Positions 51,700 through 64,000 of a stretch of 64,000 nucleotides of DNA are shown piece by piece. The stretch comes from Chrysomallon squamiferum (lineage: Eukaryota; Animalia; Mollusca), in contig CM022671.1 of assembly GCA_012295275.1 (NCBI GenBank), positions 16,988,001 through 17,052,000 of the forward strand, read 5' to 3'. The first letter of the stretch is position 1, and every line of letters begins with the position of its first letter. Made by a program: the position numbers and the translations under genes. The notes below the pieces were generated by a model that saw only the letters and a list, made by a program, of their open reading frames with translations, made no database searches and had not been told where the DNA came from.

Positions 51700-54600
51700 G
51701 TGTGGAAATTCTTTGTGTACTTAAGTTTTACGTTTGTCTCTCTGTGATATATCTGTGCTGGACATTCATGATTTGACAGACACTTAACGGTTAATGTCAA
51801 CATACACTCTAACTTTATGCTGACTTTAGTCATGGCAGGAAATTATGAGGCCCAAGTAGCTAAAAAATCTTCACATTTTCACGGTTGATGTTTACCAGGT
51901 ATGGGAAGCATTGCAGATTTAAATGATAAATCTGTTGAAATTGCATCCTAAAATTATTTATATACTGATTTAGTTTTCATTTAAATTAAAGTATGAATAA
52001 TTATTATAATTAATTCAGTTACAGGTGTAATGCAAATGGTCATCAGTCATTGTCAGATTGTTACAGCTGTTTGAAAAAAAAAAAAGTATTTTATTAATAT
52101 ATTTGTTTTAAAACTCATTTTAATAATAGTCTCCCCAAAACAAAAATAAAATTAAAATAAATAATCGATTCATCAAATTAAAAAAATAATTAAAAAATTG
52201 TAAAAACATTTTTTTTAATTAATATATGTGTTTAACAAGTATGTCCCAGTAGATGTGTTGTGTATGTAAATGATGATATGGAATTAATCAAATTAGTAGG
52301 CTTCGTAATTTATGGCTCAAAGTAACTTGCTCCTTTAGGGTAAAGTCCAAACTTCAGGCCTGTTTTTTTGTTTTTATTACTACCAGTGCTACCACTGATA
52401 CTTTTATAATTATTGTTACTATTAATTTTATTATTTATATATATATATATAATGTGTACTACTATTAGTATTGTTACTATAACTACTACTACTATTGTTA
52501 TAATTATTATTTTTGTTTTTGTTATTGTTATTAACATTTTTTAATATAATTTTTTATTTTAATCTTCTAACAAATGAATTTTGTTGAGTTTTTTCTCCAA
52601 CTTTTTTCATAAAATTAAATATGTTTATAATTTTAAAAATGTTTTTGTTTAATTTTTTAATTTTTATAATTTTTTTGGTTTGTTTCCAATAATTTTTGTA
52701 ATGATTATATTGTAAGTGTGTTTCATTGTTTCTACAATGATTGAAAATAGTAACTTATTATATTTAAATTTATCAGGTAATAGGAATCTTATTTTTTAAT
52801 TGTAATGCTGTTGAACACCATTAGTAATAATGTCATAGTTGTCAACAATAAAGTCTGTCTACTTCATTTGCTTAGACAAAAACAAAACTGTAAAGTAGTG
52901 AAGAATATCGGTGTAAATATATCTTTTGATAAACATATGTTTTTGGGGTCTTTCTACATTTAAGAAAAAAAAAAAAGAAAAAAAAAGACAAAGGAAAATA
53001 GAAAAATAACAGATACTACATAAGATTATCTTGTTATTTTTAGTACCAGTATGAAGCTCTCTTTATTATTATAATAAACTTGCATTAAAAACAAACAAAT
53101 TCTAACAGCAAAAACTAGCAAAGATAGACAGCTTTTAATTGATGTTATTGATGCATACACTGACATAGCCAAAAGAAATTATTTTAAAGATATTTTTAAA
53201 CTATGTTTAATTTGAAAGCTGTATTAAATATATCTTGTCTTTCATACAAAAAAAGCCTGTTACCAGTGTAAATAAATATAACATTACATATCTACGTTAA
53301 AAATGGCCTTGTTTATAAACAGTTTTGACAAGTAAAAATATTTATGCACCATTTCTGTATAAACTTTGTAGTTATGTTTCAAAATATGTGTATATATGAT
53401 ACATTTTATGGATACATCCAGTCAGTTATGTTTTTTAATTTGGGAGATGGAAATTTTCAACAGATTCAGGTAATTTTAAAATTTTTTGTTCAGCCTTGGT
53501 GAGACAGATATTGATTACATGCCATGGCTGACATTTTTACTCGTTAAAAAAGATAATTGATGAATTCTGTTTATATGCGACTGTCAGTTTTATTTCTTTT
53601 CATTGAAATAACGAATAAATCTACCTAGAGTAATAAACCTTACAGTTTATGAAGACAGTAACATGATAAATGAGTTTGCCAGAGTATGCAATTAAGTTCT
53701 CTATTTTAAAAAAAGAAAAAATGAAGCCAGAAGTTTATACTGTGATCTCTGTAAAAACTTGAATCACTTGGGACAAAAAAAAAACATATGAGAAAGTGTC
53801 TGTATGTAAAGTTTTTTAACTTGACAGTCATTACTCGTTTTCACTTTTTTTATTTATTAGATTTTCAAAGAAACATGTTTATTTCATTTCACACAGTAAT
53901 TTATTTACATGCAAATTGCTGAAATTTTTAAAGAAATGATCTTACTTGCAAAATTGTGTGCCTGTGTTGATGAAGCTAATTATGTGTGGTTATAAACTTT
54001 AACAAATTTATTAAAAATGAAATAAGAAAAATTCTTAAACTGTAACCTGGGTGAAACTATTTGACATTTTAAAGATCGACTATTGCACTGAAACATGAGG
54101 TAAAGGTCACCACTTGCCTAAAACAAAACAGCAAGGTTATGTCACCAATTTGCAAACGTCATCATTCAACCGAAAATGTAAATAACTTGTTTTCAAAATA
54201 CATTTGGTGAATAAATAATTTCATTTCAGTGAATTTAGTAATTGATGCATAAAGAAATTTTCTTGAAAATAACACGTCACAACAACATTAAAAGCAGCCA
54301 CATTTATAAGCAATTTGTGTGTATTTCTTAAATATTTCTTAAATATTTACAACATATGTGGTTTTTGTCTTATGCCTTAATGTATTCGATTATATGATGT
54401 ATATAAAACACATCAATTTAGATGTATATTTTGCATGTTCAGTATATGTAAGTGTGTGTTTCAGAGAAGAAAATCTGTCCAATAGTGTGGGTCATTGTTT
54501 TATGATGAGATTAGAAGATGATTAGATCATTTTGAAAACTATAATCTTCTTTGTTAAATGCTAATAACCTGTTAGCAAGAACTGGTTACTGAGACCCTTT

Positions 54601-56332
54601 GTTTATTTTCTATTAAACTTTCATTTGTTAACAGTTAGAAAAAAAAAAAATTTGTTTCCGTCCTCATTATTCAATGGCAACAAACTGTTAGTAAATTTGT
54701 ATTTGTTGCATTAGTTGAATATTAACAGAAAATTGAAGTATTATTTTGACGCTGATATATTTAATGAAATTGTAAATACTTTACTTAAACATGTTTGTGA
54801 GGAAAAAATATTAGCTAATGTAATATTGCTACCATAATTATTTTTATTTTTTATTACTACTATTTTTTTTTTTTTTTGAGATAAAGAAGAAAAAAGAATT
54901 AGGAAATTACAAGTTTTCTCCTTTGAAGTTATTTCTTAATAATTTAAATAGAAAATATTAATGAAGTTTAATATAAATAAGTAGCTGAGACAGTGAACAG
55001 TACAGGTACTAGACCCTATATAATCTGGCTTCCAGAAAAACACCTTTAGAAGTATCTTATATTATTTCTATCTTGGTCCAGACTTCGGGGGGAAATCCAG
55101 AAATCAGTTTGCCATTCTGCTCAAAGCTTGCCAGATACACAGTGTGATAGGTGTAAGTCTTTTGCAAATTACTGTGATGTTTCAAGTAAAATAATGTTCA
55201 GTAATCAACTTCATTTATATATATTTGTGATTTTCAGCAGGACATAGAGAGACATAACTTTAAAACCAGCTTGCATTTTCTGATAGTTTGAAATGACAAT
55301 CTACGATACATTTTCATTGTCACTTGTATGATTCTGGAATGGGTTTGATTAATTTGTTTGGCTAATAATATATATATATTTTTTAGTATATACCCTTTCA
55401 GGGGCTTAATTAATTATTTATTTACAGTTTTATTTATTTTTTTATTTTTTATATTAGTTGTTTTGGAGGTTTTTTGTTGTTTTTTGTATTGATTGAATGG
55501 GCTAAAAGGGAAAAAAGTATTCAAAAATTTGTCCTTAGTAAAAGAAAAGAAGTTATTTCTTTTAATATGTGTTTTAGTATTTATCTGTGACAGATTAACA
55601 CAGTTTGATATTAACACAGCTGGAAATATTCTGTGTTACTAACAGTTCAAATATTTGTAATAAATACATATTTTTCTTGCTCATGCTTCTTGTTTGTGGT
55701 TTATTCTTTGTTTTTGGGTGTTATTTTCAATTCGTCATCTTTGACAAAAACTCCGAAATGCTTTTGCTCTTCATGCTAAAATACATCGTCTTAATATGAA
55801 ATAATCATTTTGTGGTTTTTCTTTGTAGATACATATTTTATTAGTATTTTATCACCTTTTGGAGTCAATTTAAGAGTTTGCCTTCACATGCTGACAGAAG
55901 GTGCATATATAAACTGTACAAACGTAAATCATAAAATGAAAGAGAGGCAGGTGGATGATATGTTAAACAAAGATAGATAGTTAATTAAAAAAAAAAAAAA
56001 AAAATCATAGGTTCCACTTTGGAATTTAAATTCAATATAAAAATTTGGTATTTAACTTACTCATTAAGAAGAAAAAAAAAAAAACATGACACCTCAATGT
56101 CATACTATTTATGTCAGCTTTATATTACCACGTTGGATAAACTTATCTAGAGGCTTATTTTATATCTAAATTATAATCTTTTAGAAGTGTAATATCAGTT
56201 TAAAGTGCTTTTTAGATATATAATTTTTTTTTTATTCATAATGAAATGAACATTTTCACATTTTTAGCACTTGTTCTAAATGGTAAGGAAATATTGCATG
56301 AACAACTGTTAATAATAGACAATCTTATTTGA

Positions 56333-56334
<2 letters not shown>

Positions 56335-56389
<55 letters not shown>
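56335..56389. repeat. (GT)n microsatellite
   Basis: Perfect run directly upstream of the orphan signal exon. Confidence 0.95.
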
Positions 56390-56390
<1 letters not shown>

Positions 56391-56436
56391 TCCAATTCTA
56401 GTTTCATTAGTGATAAGAATACTGGAATATTCTACA

Positions 56437-56469
56437 ATGAAATTTCTCTCTGTTGCCATTTTCTCAGTG
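56437..56469 (+). pseudogene. Orphan signal-peptide exon MKFLSVAIFSV (truncated paralog or alternative first exon of peptide C)
   Basis: ctacaATGAAATTT...TCAGTG|gtatgt; intron homology to 59590-60150 runs to about 56990 and then stops; no exon 2 of its own. Confidence 0.7.
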
Positions 56470-58254
56470 GTATGTACCTAGTAGTTATACTGAAATTACT
56501 ATTAAACGTAAAGTTTGTTTACTCTATTTCTAATATTGATTATTTTTAAGTTAAACTGATTTTTGTTGGTTATATATATATATATATTTCATTTTTTGTA
56601 CATTTATTTATTTTTTTATTTTTTTTCTAATTGTTTCTATTAATGTTCATTAGTAAATACTAAACATGTAAGAATTTATCTACCAGTGGAGTACATTGTT
56701 TGATAAATCTGCTGTGAAATACCTATATGTTTTACATGCTGTTTATGGGGTGGTGCTTTTATAACATCTCTAAGTGCTGACAAGAATAAACTAGGAAACA
56801 TTTGATAGATATGATATAGTGGAATTGTTTACAATCTACCCATGTTTTTTAAACGAAGCTTCTTTTAATAATACATTTTAAAAATTCTATGAAATATAAT
56901 TATTATATTTTGTACAGCTCTTTACATTGTGGTTTTATAAACATTTGAAATATTTTATATTATTTAACTATTTAATTTTACTTTTTCTTTCTTTCTTTTT
57001 TTTAAATACTATGAACTTGTTTCTCCTGAATAACAGCATTTAACATTGCACTCTGTGATGGACTTGGCAGGAGAAGTGAATGATCAGAAAATATTCTGTG
57101 ATGAAATCATTGTTTCTGAACATCCAGATCATCACTTGTTTTGTTACTAGCATATGGTGAGAGAACAGAAATAGTGACAGTTAACAGATATCCGTTATTC
57201 TGTCATTATATCTGTTTTTAAAAAAACCTTTAAACATATTCAAATATTTTCCAAAAATTCTTCTCCTTCCTTAATAAGTTGTTCATTTTTCCTTCATAGA
57301 TTTGTTTTTTTAAATGTTACTCACTGTAATAGTGAACCCAAAACAAATGGCTTACTACAGGTGCAGGAATTTTATAAGGTAAAAAAACACAACAACAACA
57401 ACAACAACAACCAAAACGTATTAGAGTTTTCCAAGAATACTCTAGAAAGTTGATCAAGATAGGAATCATTGATTTGACTCATTTTTCTCTGATGTACAAA
57501 GTAACTGTCATTTTCTGTACGCCAATAATTATGTATTACGATATCGGAATCTAAATGTCGTTAACAATGGATTGTCTCCCTGTAATGGAAAAACGACTTG
57601 TCTATTATTATTAACGATTAGGCGTCATCATTCTTCTAGTTTTTTTATTACTTCTTCACTCAAATTAATATTGTTTGCTTGTAAATATTCGTAAGGAAAA
57701 AGGTTTTAAATAATTGTTCATTGTATTTATATGATTGTACATTGTATTTAAATAATTGTCCGTTGTATTTAAATAATTGTGCGTTGTATTTAGTGCCGTA
57801 GCTGATAGGTGAACAGGGGAGCGAACACATTTTTCAAAACTTGCACTGATTCAACAATATTTTATAACTCGATAGAAGTCGAATCTCTGGGACCCCCCAC
57901 ACACACACACACATATATTCACACACCCACACACACATATATTCACACATCTATAAACCAAACCATACACACATATATACATAGAGATATAACCAGGCAC
58001 AAAAAACCAGGCACATACACAGGAACATACACAGGCACAAACACAGCGACACACACACAGAGACACACATATACACACGCATACAGACACACATACACAC
58101 ATACGCATCATATATCTGTGTCTGTTTCTGTTTTACGGTTCTATATGTTATTTTTTCATAGCATTCGGAAACATCGAATTTCGTCGCATTTTTTTAATTT
58201 TTTTTTATTCTTGTATACAAAAATAATAGTTGGTTATACTCATGAAAATAAATA

Positions 58255-59053
58255 CAATGGCACTTCGAGTTACGGTTGAGTTCTTGCTTTGAGTTGCGAA
58301 CCAAAATCCGAGTTACGAGAGACCTTCAGATATGCCGCCGCTAGTTGGCGCAACGAACAGCATAACATCCGCCGCATCTCACTCGTTTACATCACGTGGT
58401 TACCTCGCCAAGGAAGCATCTCTGTTGTGTTGTGCTCGCGTTTTGTACAGTATTTTGCCAGATTTATTTGTTCTGACCATGGATCCTAAGAAAGTGAGTG
58501 CAAAGGACAGAGCTGACTCATTTGCCTCTACTTGGAAGCAGCTCTGTTGTGTTGTGCTCCCGTTTTGTGCAGTATTTTGTCAAATTTCCATGGATCCTAA
58601 GAAAGTGTGTGTAAAGGACACTGCTGAGAAGAAGAAGCGGATAATGTTCATTGGATTAAAGCTTGAATTCACAGAAAAACATGAGCGAGGTTTGCATGTA
58701 GTTAACATGGCTAGGCAGTACGAGCGAAGTACTTTTACGATATGTATCATACTGAAGCGAAAGGAGTGGATAAAGGCTGTAATTCCAGCCAAAGGCGTTA
58801 AAATACTTTCTAAGCTGTGGACCTCTGTCCATGAAAAGATGGATAAACCCTAACCCTGTACACTTTATAAAACCAATTTATTTCTATACATCTAAAAAAA
58901 AAAAAAAAAAAATTATACAATATTTGACATTCATAAATACATTTCTATAAATACAATTAATTTCATTTGAGAAAATTGTTTTGATATACGAGCAAATGTT
59001 AGTAACGAGCTCGGTCACAGAACGAATTAAACCCGTAAGTCAAGGTACCATTG
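58255..59053 (+). mobile_element. Internally deleted Tigger/pogo DNA transposon with CENP-B-type HTH remnant
   Basis: TIRs CAATGGCACTTCGAGTTACG / CGTAAGTCAAGGTACCATTG, TA target duplication, MDPKKVCVKDTAEKKKRIMFIGLKLEFTEKHERGLHVVNMARQYERSTFTICIILKRKEWIK typical of Tigger transposase N-termini; empty TA site at 25771-25772 in the left arm. Confidence 0.9.
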
Positions 59054-59556
59054 TACTTTCTGCTTTCTCAGAAGAAGAAAAAATGCTATAATTCATGAAT
59101 GTAAGAGCAACTGGTTACTTTGAATGTTTCTTTGTTTCTTTAACCTTAATCCATTTTTTTGTTTTGTTTTGTTCAATAATTCAATAAGAACATAACTACG
59201 GACTTACTTTGATAGAATACTACTGAATACATAAAGCTCAGATTCGACAAGATTCAGTATAAATATAAAATATAAACTTTGAAATGTTATGGCAGCATAA
59301 AATACTTTTTTGATATTTATTTTATTATCCATAATGACATAAAATTTTGTTCTAAATGGTTAGGAAATATTGCATAAACAGCTGGTAAAAATATACATAA
59401 TCTTATCAGATCGTATGTGTGTATGTTTATGTGTATGTATGTGTGTGTGTTTGTGTGTGTGCGTGTGTGTGTGTGTATATATCTATATATATCTATATAT
59501 ATCTATATGAGCCAGTTCTGGTTTTATCAGTGATAGGAATACTGGAATATTCTATA

Positions 59557-59589
59557 ATGAAATTTCTCTATGTCGCCATTTTCACTGTG
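59557..59589 (+). CDS. Peptide C exon 1, signal peptide MKFLYVAIFTV
   Basis: ctataATGAAATTT...ACTGTG|gtatgt, phase 0. Confidence 0.88.
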
Positions 59590-60507
59590 GTATGTACCAA
59601 ATAGTTATATAGAAATTACTATTAAACGTAAAGTTTATTTACTCTATTTCGATTATTATTAACTTAAACTCATTTTTGTTCGTAATAATAATAATAATAA
59701 TAATAATGATAATAATAATAATAATAATTTTTGCCATTGTTTTAATATCAATGATAGGTAATCTTTCCATTTAAATTTTTGTACATTTATTTGCTTTTTT
59801 GTTTTAATTTGTTTGTAATTGTTTCTATTTCATTCATTAGTAAATACTAAACATGCAAGAATATGATTCAAAGAAAATATTTAACACATTTCATTTATCT
59901 ACCACTGGAGTACGTTGTTTGATAAATCTGCCATGAAACACCTACACGTTTTACATGCTGTTTATGGGGTGGTGCTTTTAAAACATCTCTAAGTGCTGAC
60001 AAGAGTAAACTAGGAAACACTTGGTAGACATGATGTAGTGGAATTGTTTACAGTCCAATTGTAAACGAACCTTCGTTTTGAATTAAATTGTTAAAATTCT
60101 TTAAAATATAATTATTACATTGTGGTTTTATTATTTTTATAAATTTTTAATATTATCTGAGTCTTTAGTTTTACATACTTCTTTCTGATACCTAATAACT
60201 GATCTGATTTTCATGCTGGACGTTGCTAAATATTCATTCATTCATTCTGATACAAGTAAACCATAAATATGCTGCAAATATACACCAATATTATGTTGTG
60301 TCTAAAATATATCGTGCTGTGTACTTACAGAATCAGGATTCCTTTAGTAATAACATTATGTAAAAAAAAAAAAAAACGATAGGTTTAGCACCAACTAATA
60401 TTTAGTGTAATCTACTGGTTTAGCATCTAATAATTTTTGATACAAACGATCTAATTATATTCATTGTGTCTATGTGTCGAAACTAATACTCTTTCATTCA
60501 TTTGAAG

Positions 60508-60756
60508 GTGATTACTCTAGACATCACAGTAAAAAGATCACATGAAAGAGTCGAAAGTGTTGGAGATTTCTGTGAATACGATTCTGACTGTGGTGAAGAT
60601 TTCTGCTGTAAAAAGAATGGGAATGCTGGCACAGCTGGAAGGTGTCAGCTATATCGCATGGAGAATGAACAGTGCAACAAACAGAACCTCTGCCCATGCA
60701 AGCCTGGATTACAATGTAATGACAAAAGTTTCAAATGTAAGCGCCCATTGAGATGA
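60508..60756 (+). CDS. Secreted 10-Cys prokineticin/colipase-fold peptide C, exon 2 (93 aa precursor)
   Basis: ctttcattcatttgaag|GTG; VITLDITVKR-SHERVESVGDFCEYDSDCGEDFCCKKNGNAGTAGRCQLYRMENEQCNKQNLCPCKPGLQCNDKSFKCKRPLR*. Confidence 0.9.
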   Translation: MITLDITVKRSHERVESVGDFCEYDSDCGEDFCCKKNGNAGTAGRCQLYRMENEQCNKQNLCPCKPGLQCNDKSFKCKRPLR

Positions 60757-61882
60757 TGAACCTCTCAGTAGAGATGATCAGAAAATATCAGTTTCTTGTT
60801 CAAATAATATAATTTGAATGACAATACATTTTTGCAATGTTTATAATATTGTTTGTTTTTAGTGCTAAAGTATGAATACCTATTTTAATTTCAGTGAAAT
60901 AATTTGGTGCATATTAATTAAAATATTTAGTCATTATTACAATATTTACATATTTATATTTCCTTCAACCCATACATTACACAAATAGATTCATAATTAC
61001 ACTTATAAACCCATTTCTGTCTGTTTACATTTATCAACTTGTCTTCATTTTAAAAGAGCTTCTTGTCTTTCAAAAATTCCTCATCCCACATATACACAAA
61101 TATTATTATCATTCTTTATTATTTTATCATTTAACAGACTTAATAATAGTGATCAGTCCATTATGAATCTTTATTATAATCTATAATAACATTCTAGTTT
61201 ACTGTTTAAATTCATTTATTATTTACTAATACAATAATTCAGAATCTTTTCTTCCAACACTCACATTACACACATTGATGCACATAAAAATAGACTGAAG
61301 TGGTTGTGGCCTAATTGTTTAAACGTGTTCTGATTATCAGCAGACGGCAATGTTTTGTGTAGTTTGTGAGTGAAATTCACTAGGAAACTTTGGAAATACG
61401 GGGTTGCTGATGTATGGCTGAGAAACAGTCAATTTTTAGCTATATGGTTATGTTAATTGTTTAATCTTACCGTAAACATGCGAATAGGAAGCATTGTTTT
61501 ATTTGGTAGGTAAAAAGAAACAACTTCGGTTAACAAAATGTTGTCTATGGTTATGCACGCTTTATTTTTATTTGGTAGGTAAAAAAACAAAAAAAACTTC
61601 GGTTAACAAAATCTTGTCTATGGTTATGCACACTTTATTATTAGATATATGTATAAGATATAAATACTAATGTATTTATTTTATAATTTATTATCTCTTA
61701 ACTCGAACAAACCTAACCCAAATGTTTTCTCTGCTAAGTTTACAGTACAGGTGAAATATCACAGCGCTTTCATTTTCATTGATAAGTGTTTCATAGCAAC
61801 TTGTCCATTGGCTGGCTAAAATGGTTTGTTTGGTCATGTGATATCATTGTTCATTCTAAGTGTGACAGCCGAAATGGAAACG

Positions 61883-61884
<2 letters not shown>

Positions 61885-61943
<59 letters not shown>
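61885..61943. repeat. (AT)n microsatellite
   Basis: Perfect run. Confidence 0.95.
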
Positions 61944-61949
<6 letters not shown>

Positions 61950-62495
61950 AAAAAAATTTATTAAAAAAAATAATGAAGAAAATAAAAATGAAAATAAAAA
62001 ATTAAATGAAATTAAAAATAATTAAATTAGAAATGATAACAGCAGACTGCAGATAAGTACATTTTATAATTAATTTTTTTATTTTGTTCACATCTTTCGT
62101 TTTAATTTGTTGGAAGCTGTCTGCTAATACATTACTACATACTTTGCTACAGAGAGGTTATTAATTTATCCTACGTTTTAAAAAATAATAATAAAATATT
62201 TTGATTTTTTTGTTAATGTACTTTCTTAATACGAGTGGCAGATGGGCGGTAACTTTGTATTTTTCTTGTTCTTCTGATCTTGGTTTTAATTACATTCGTA
62301 AGTCTGGAAAATAGATGAAATCATTTTAATTATATTGAAAGATCCAACCACTTTCCTAATGTATTTTTCAATTCACTTAATAAATATCTATTCACCATTT
62401 TGGAACATAAATTTTTTTCAACTTTCTTTTCATTTAGAATTAATCAGTATCATTGACGTTATCAGCTTTAAAGTATGATATTTCATAACAATTAA

Positions 62496-62555
<60 letters not shown>

Positions 62556-63639
62556 TAGTAATAATAATAATAAAAGCATCAATCAGAATAGTATCTATTA
62601 AACGAAGTAGAATGCAATTTATAAATAAATCAAAAGTATAAAATTTAAAACGTCCTCAACAACCAAAGAAATATTAAAACAATAAAAGTTTATAGGAACT
62701 GATGAGAGGTACCAGGCCATTTATTCAATCCCAAATGTACAAAGTTAAAACTCTCTGTCTGTTTCTAGAGTGATGCAAACTTCCAAACGATTACATCAGT
62801 GCTGCAGAGGAAATAACTCACATGTAATTCAGAAAATCCTGTTAAAAATGTTGCTGGATAGATTTAAAGCCAAGCAGCGTGGCGAGCTGCACTTGTCAAA
62901 TTTAAAAAAATGTGTGAACCGATCTACCGACTCGACAACTTCAACTGAAAGGTTTGTCACTGTGGGTAATTGTAGTCAATGTTTCTCATAAAAAAAACCC
63001 GCAAACCTAATTACTTGCAAATTGAAAATTTACTAATTGAAAAAAAGTATCAAAAATTTAAAAATGATTGTGAACAAAAAAAAAAAAAATTGGATTTTTT
63101 TTTTTGAAAACTGGAACAAATTGCTTGAAAGCGGTCGGAGTCTTAGGCATAGATTCACAGAAGTTACAATAACCATTTAATGATTTAAAATTAAAATTTA
63201 ATTGTGTACATCATTCCTTATCTGTGTGTGTCTTTATTATACACACAGATATTTTATATATACGTCTGTGTTTTTAATGTGTTCGTACCTTGCGAGTGAT
63301 TTAAATATATTTCCGATCAACTGTAGACTTGACAAGCTACTATTAGAGACGTTTTCTAAATAGAGAGCAGTTTAGCGGTCTGTTAAGCTTAACCAGGTTT
63401 AACGAAGGATTCCAGAAAAAATTCTTATTTAATAATTTAAAAAAAAAAAATATATATATATAATAAAAGAAATAAGAAAAATCTTGTTTAGAATCTGGCA
63501 GGCTTCGTAGTAAATCGATCCTCTACCGGCTACTTTTTAAATTTTGTGGCGTACACCTCTCTGTCCATTTCAGAACGAATTACAACTGAAATCTGAGAAA
63601 CGTTCTGTATATTACTAGAAGCATTCATCACAGACATTT

Positions 63640-63896
63640 TGCTTTTCACCTGTTTTGTTACTAGCATATGGTGAGAGAACAGAATTAGTGACACTTAACA
63701 GATATCCGTTATTCTGTCATTATATCTGTGCAAAAGATCCCTTTAAACATAGTTTAAATATTTTCTACAAATTCATCTCTTTCTTTAATAAACATTTCAG
63801 TTTTCCTTTATAGGTTTTTTTTTTTAACTGTTACTCACTGCAAAAGTGAACCCAAAACAAATGGCTTACTATAGGTCTAGGAAATTTATGAGGCCA

Positions 63897-63930
<34 letters not shown>

Positions 63931-64000
63931 AAACAAAACCAATTAGACATTTCCAAGAATACTCTAGAAAGATGATCAAGATAGAAATCTTTCTTTTGAC
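63640..64000 (+). repeat. Restart of the duplication unit (direct copy of 57135-57480)
   Basis: tgttttgttactagcatatggtgagagaacagaa...gtgaacccaaaacaaatggcttact...ttccaagaatactctagaaag repeated from 57137; related copies at 26480-26820 and 27630-27900. Confidence 0.88.

Larger units (their letters stand above)
57135..63626 (+). repeat. Right arm of inverted segmental duplication (partner 21601-26820)
   Basis: Colinear reverse-complement match; longer because of the Tigger-like insertion and extra sequence near 57550-57820 and 61110-61510. Confidence 0.93.

Noticed and set aside
58332-58853. 173 aa ORF as a domesticated TIGD/CENP-B gene
   Set aside because: Lies within TIR-bounded element, lacks the DDE domain, absent from the paralogous arm.

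Overview
AT-rich, microsatellite-dense animal (invertebrate, plausibly mollusc-like) genomic DNA with spliceosomal GT-AG introns; most ORF-track entries are low-complexity noise. Reading through splice sites gives: (1) an 8-coding-exon plus-strand gene (39190-51699, about 1194 aa if one frameshift near 44940-44950 is corrected) with the architecture PDZ-PDZ-degenerate Roc GTPase-COR-like-Death domain; (2) three two-exon genes for secreted 10-cysteine prokineticin/colipase-fold peptides (23999-25353 minus, 30704-32194 minus, 59557-60756 plus) plus an orphan signal-peptide exon (56437-56469), two of them inside a 5-6.5 kb inverted segmental duplication that brackets the large gene; (3) a 3.6 kb 56-bp minisatellite between two copies of a duplicated block carrying an identical 84-nt element with self-complementary ends; (4) several transposon remnants (two Tigger/pogo-like, two Mutator-like, one tRNA-derived SINE); (5) scattered minus-strand exon-like segments and a decayed gene remnant in an intron. 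Domain names come from motif recognition by eye, not from database searches.
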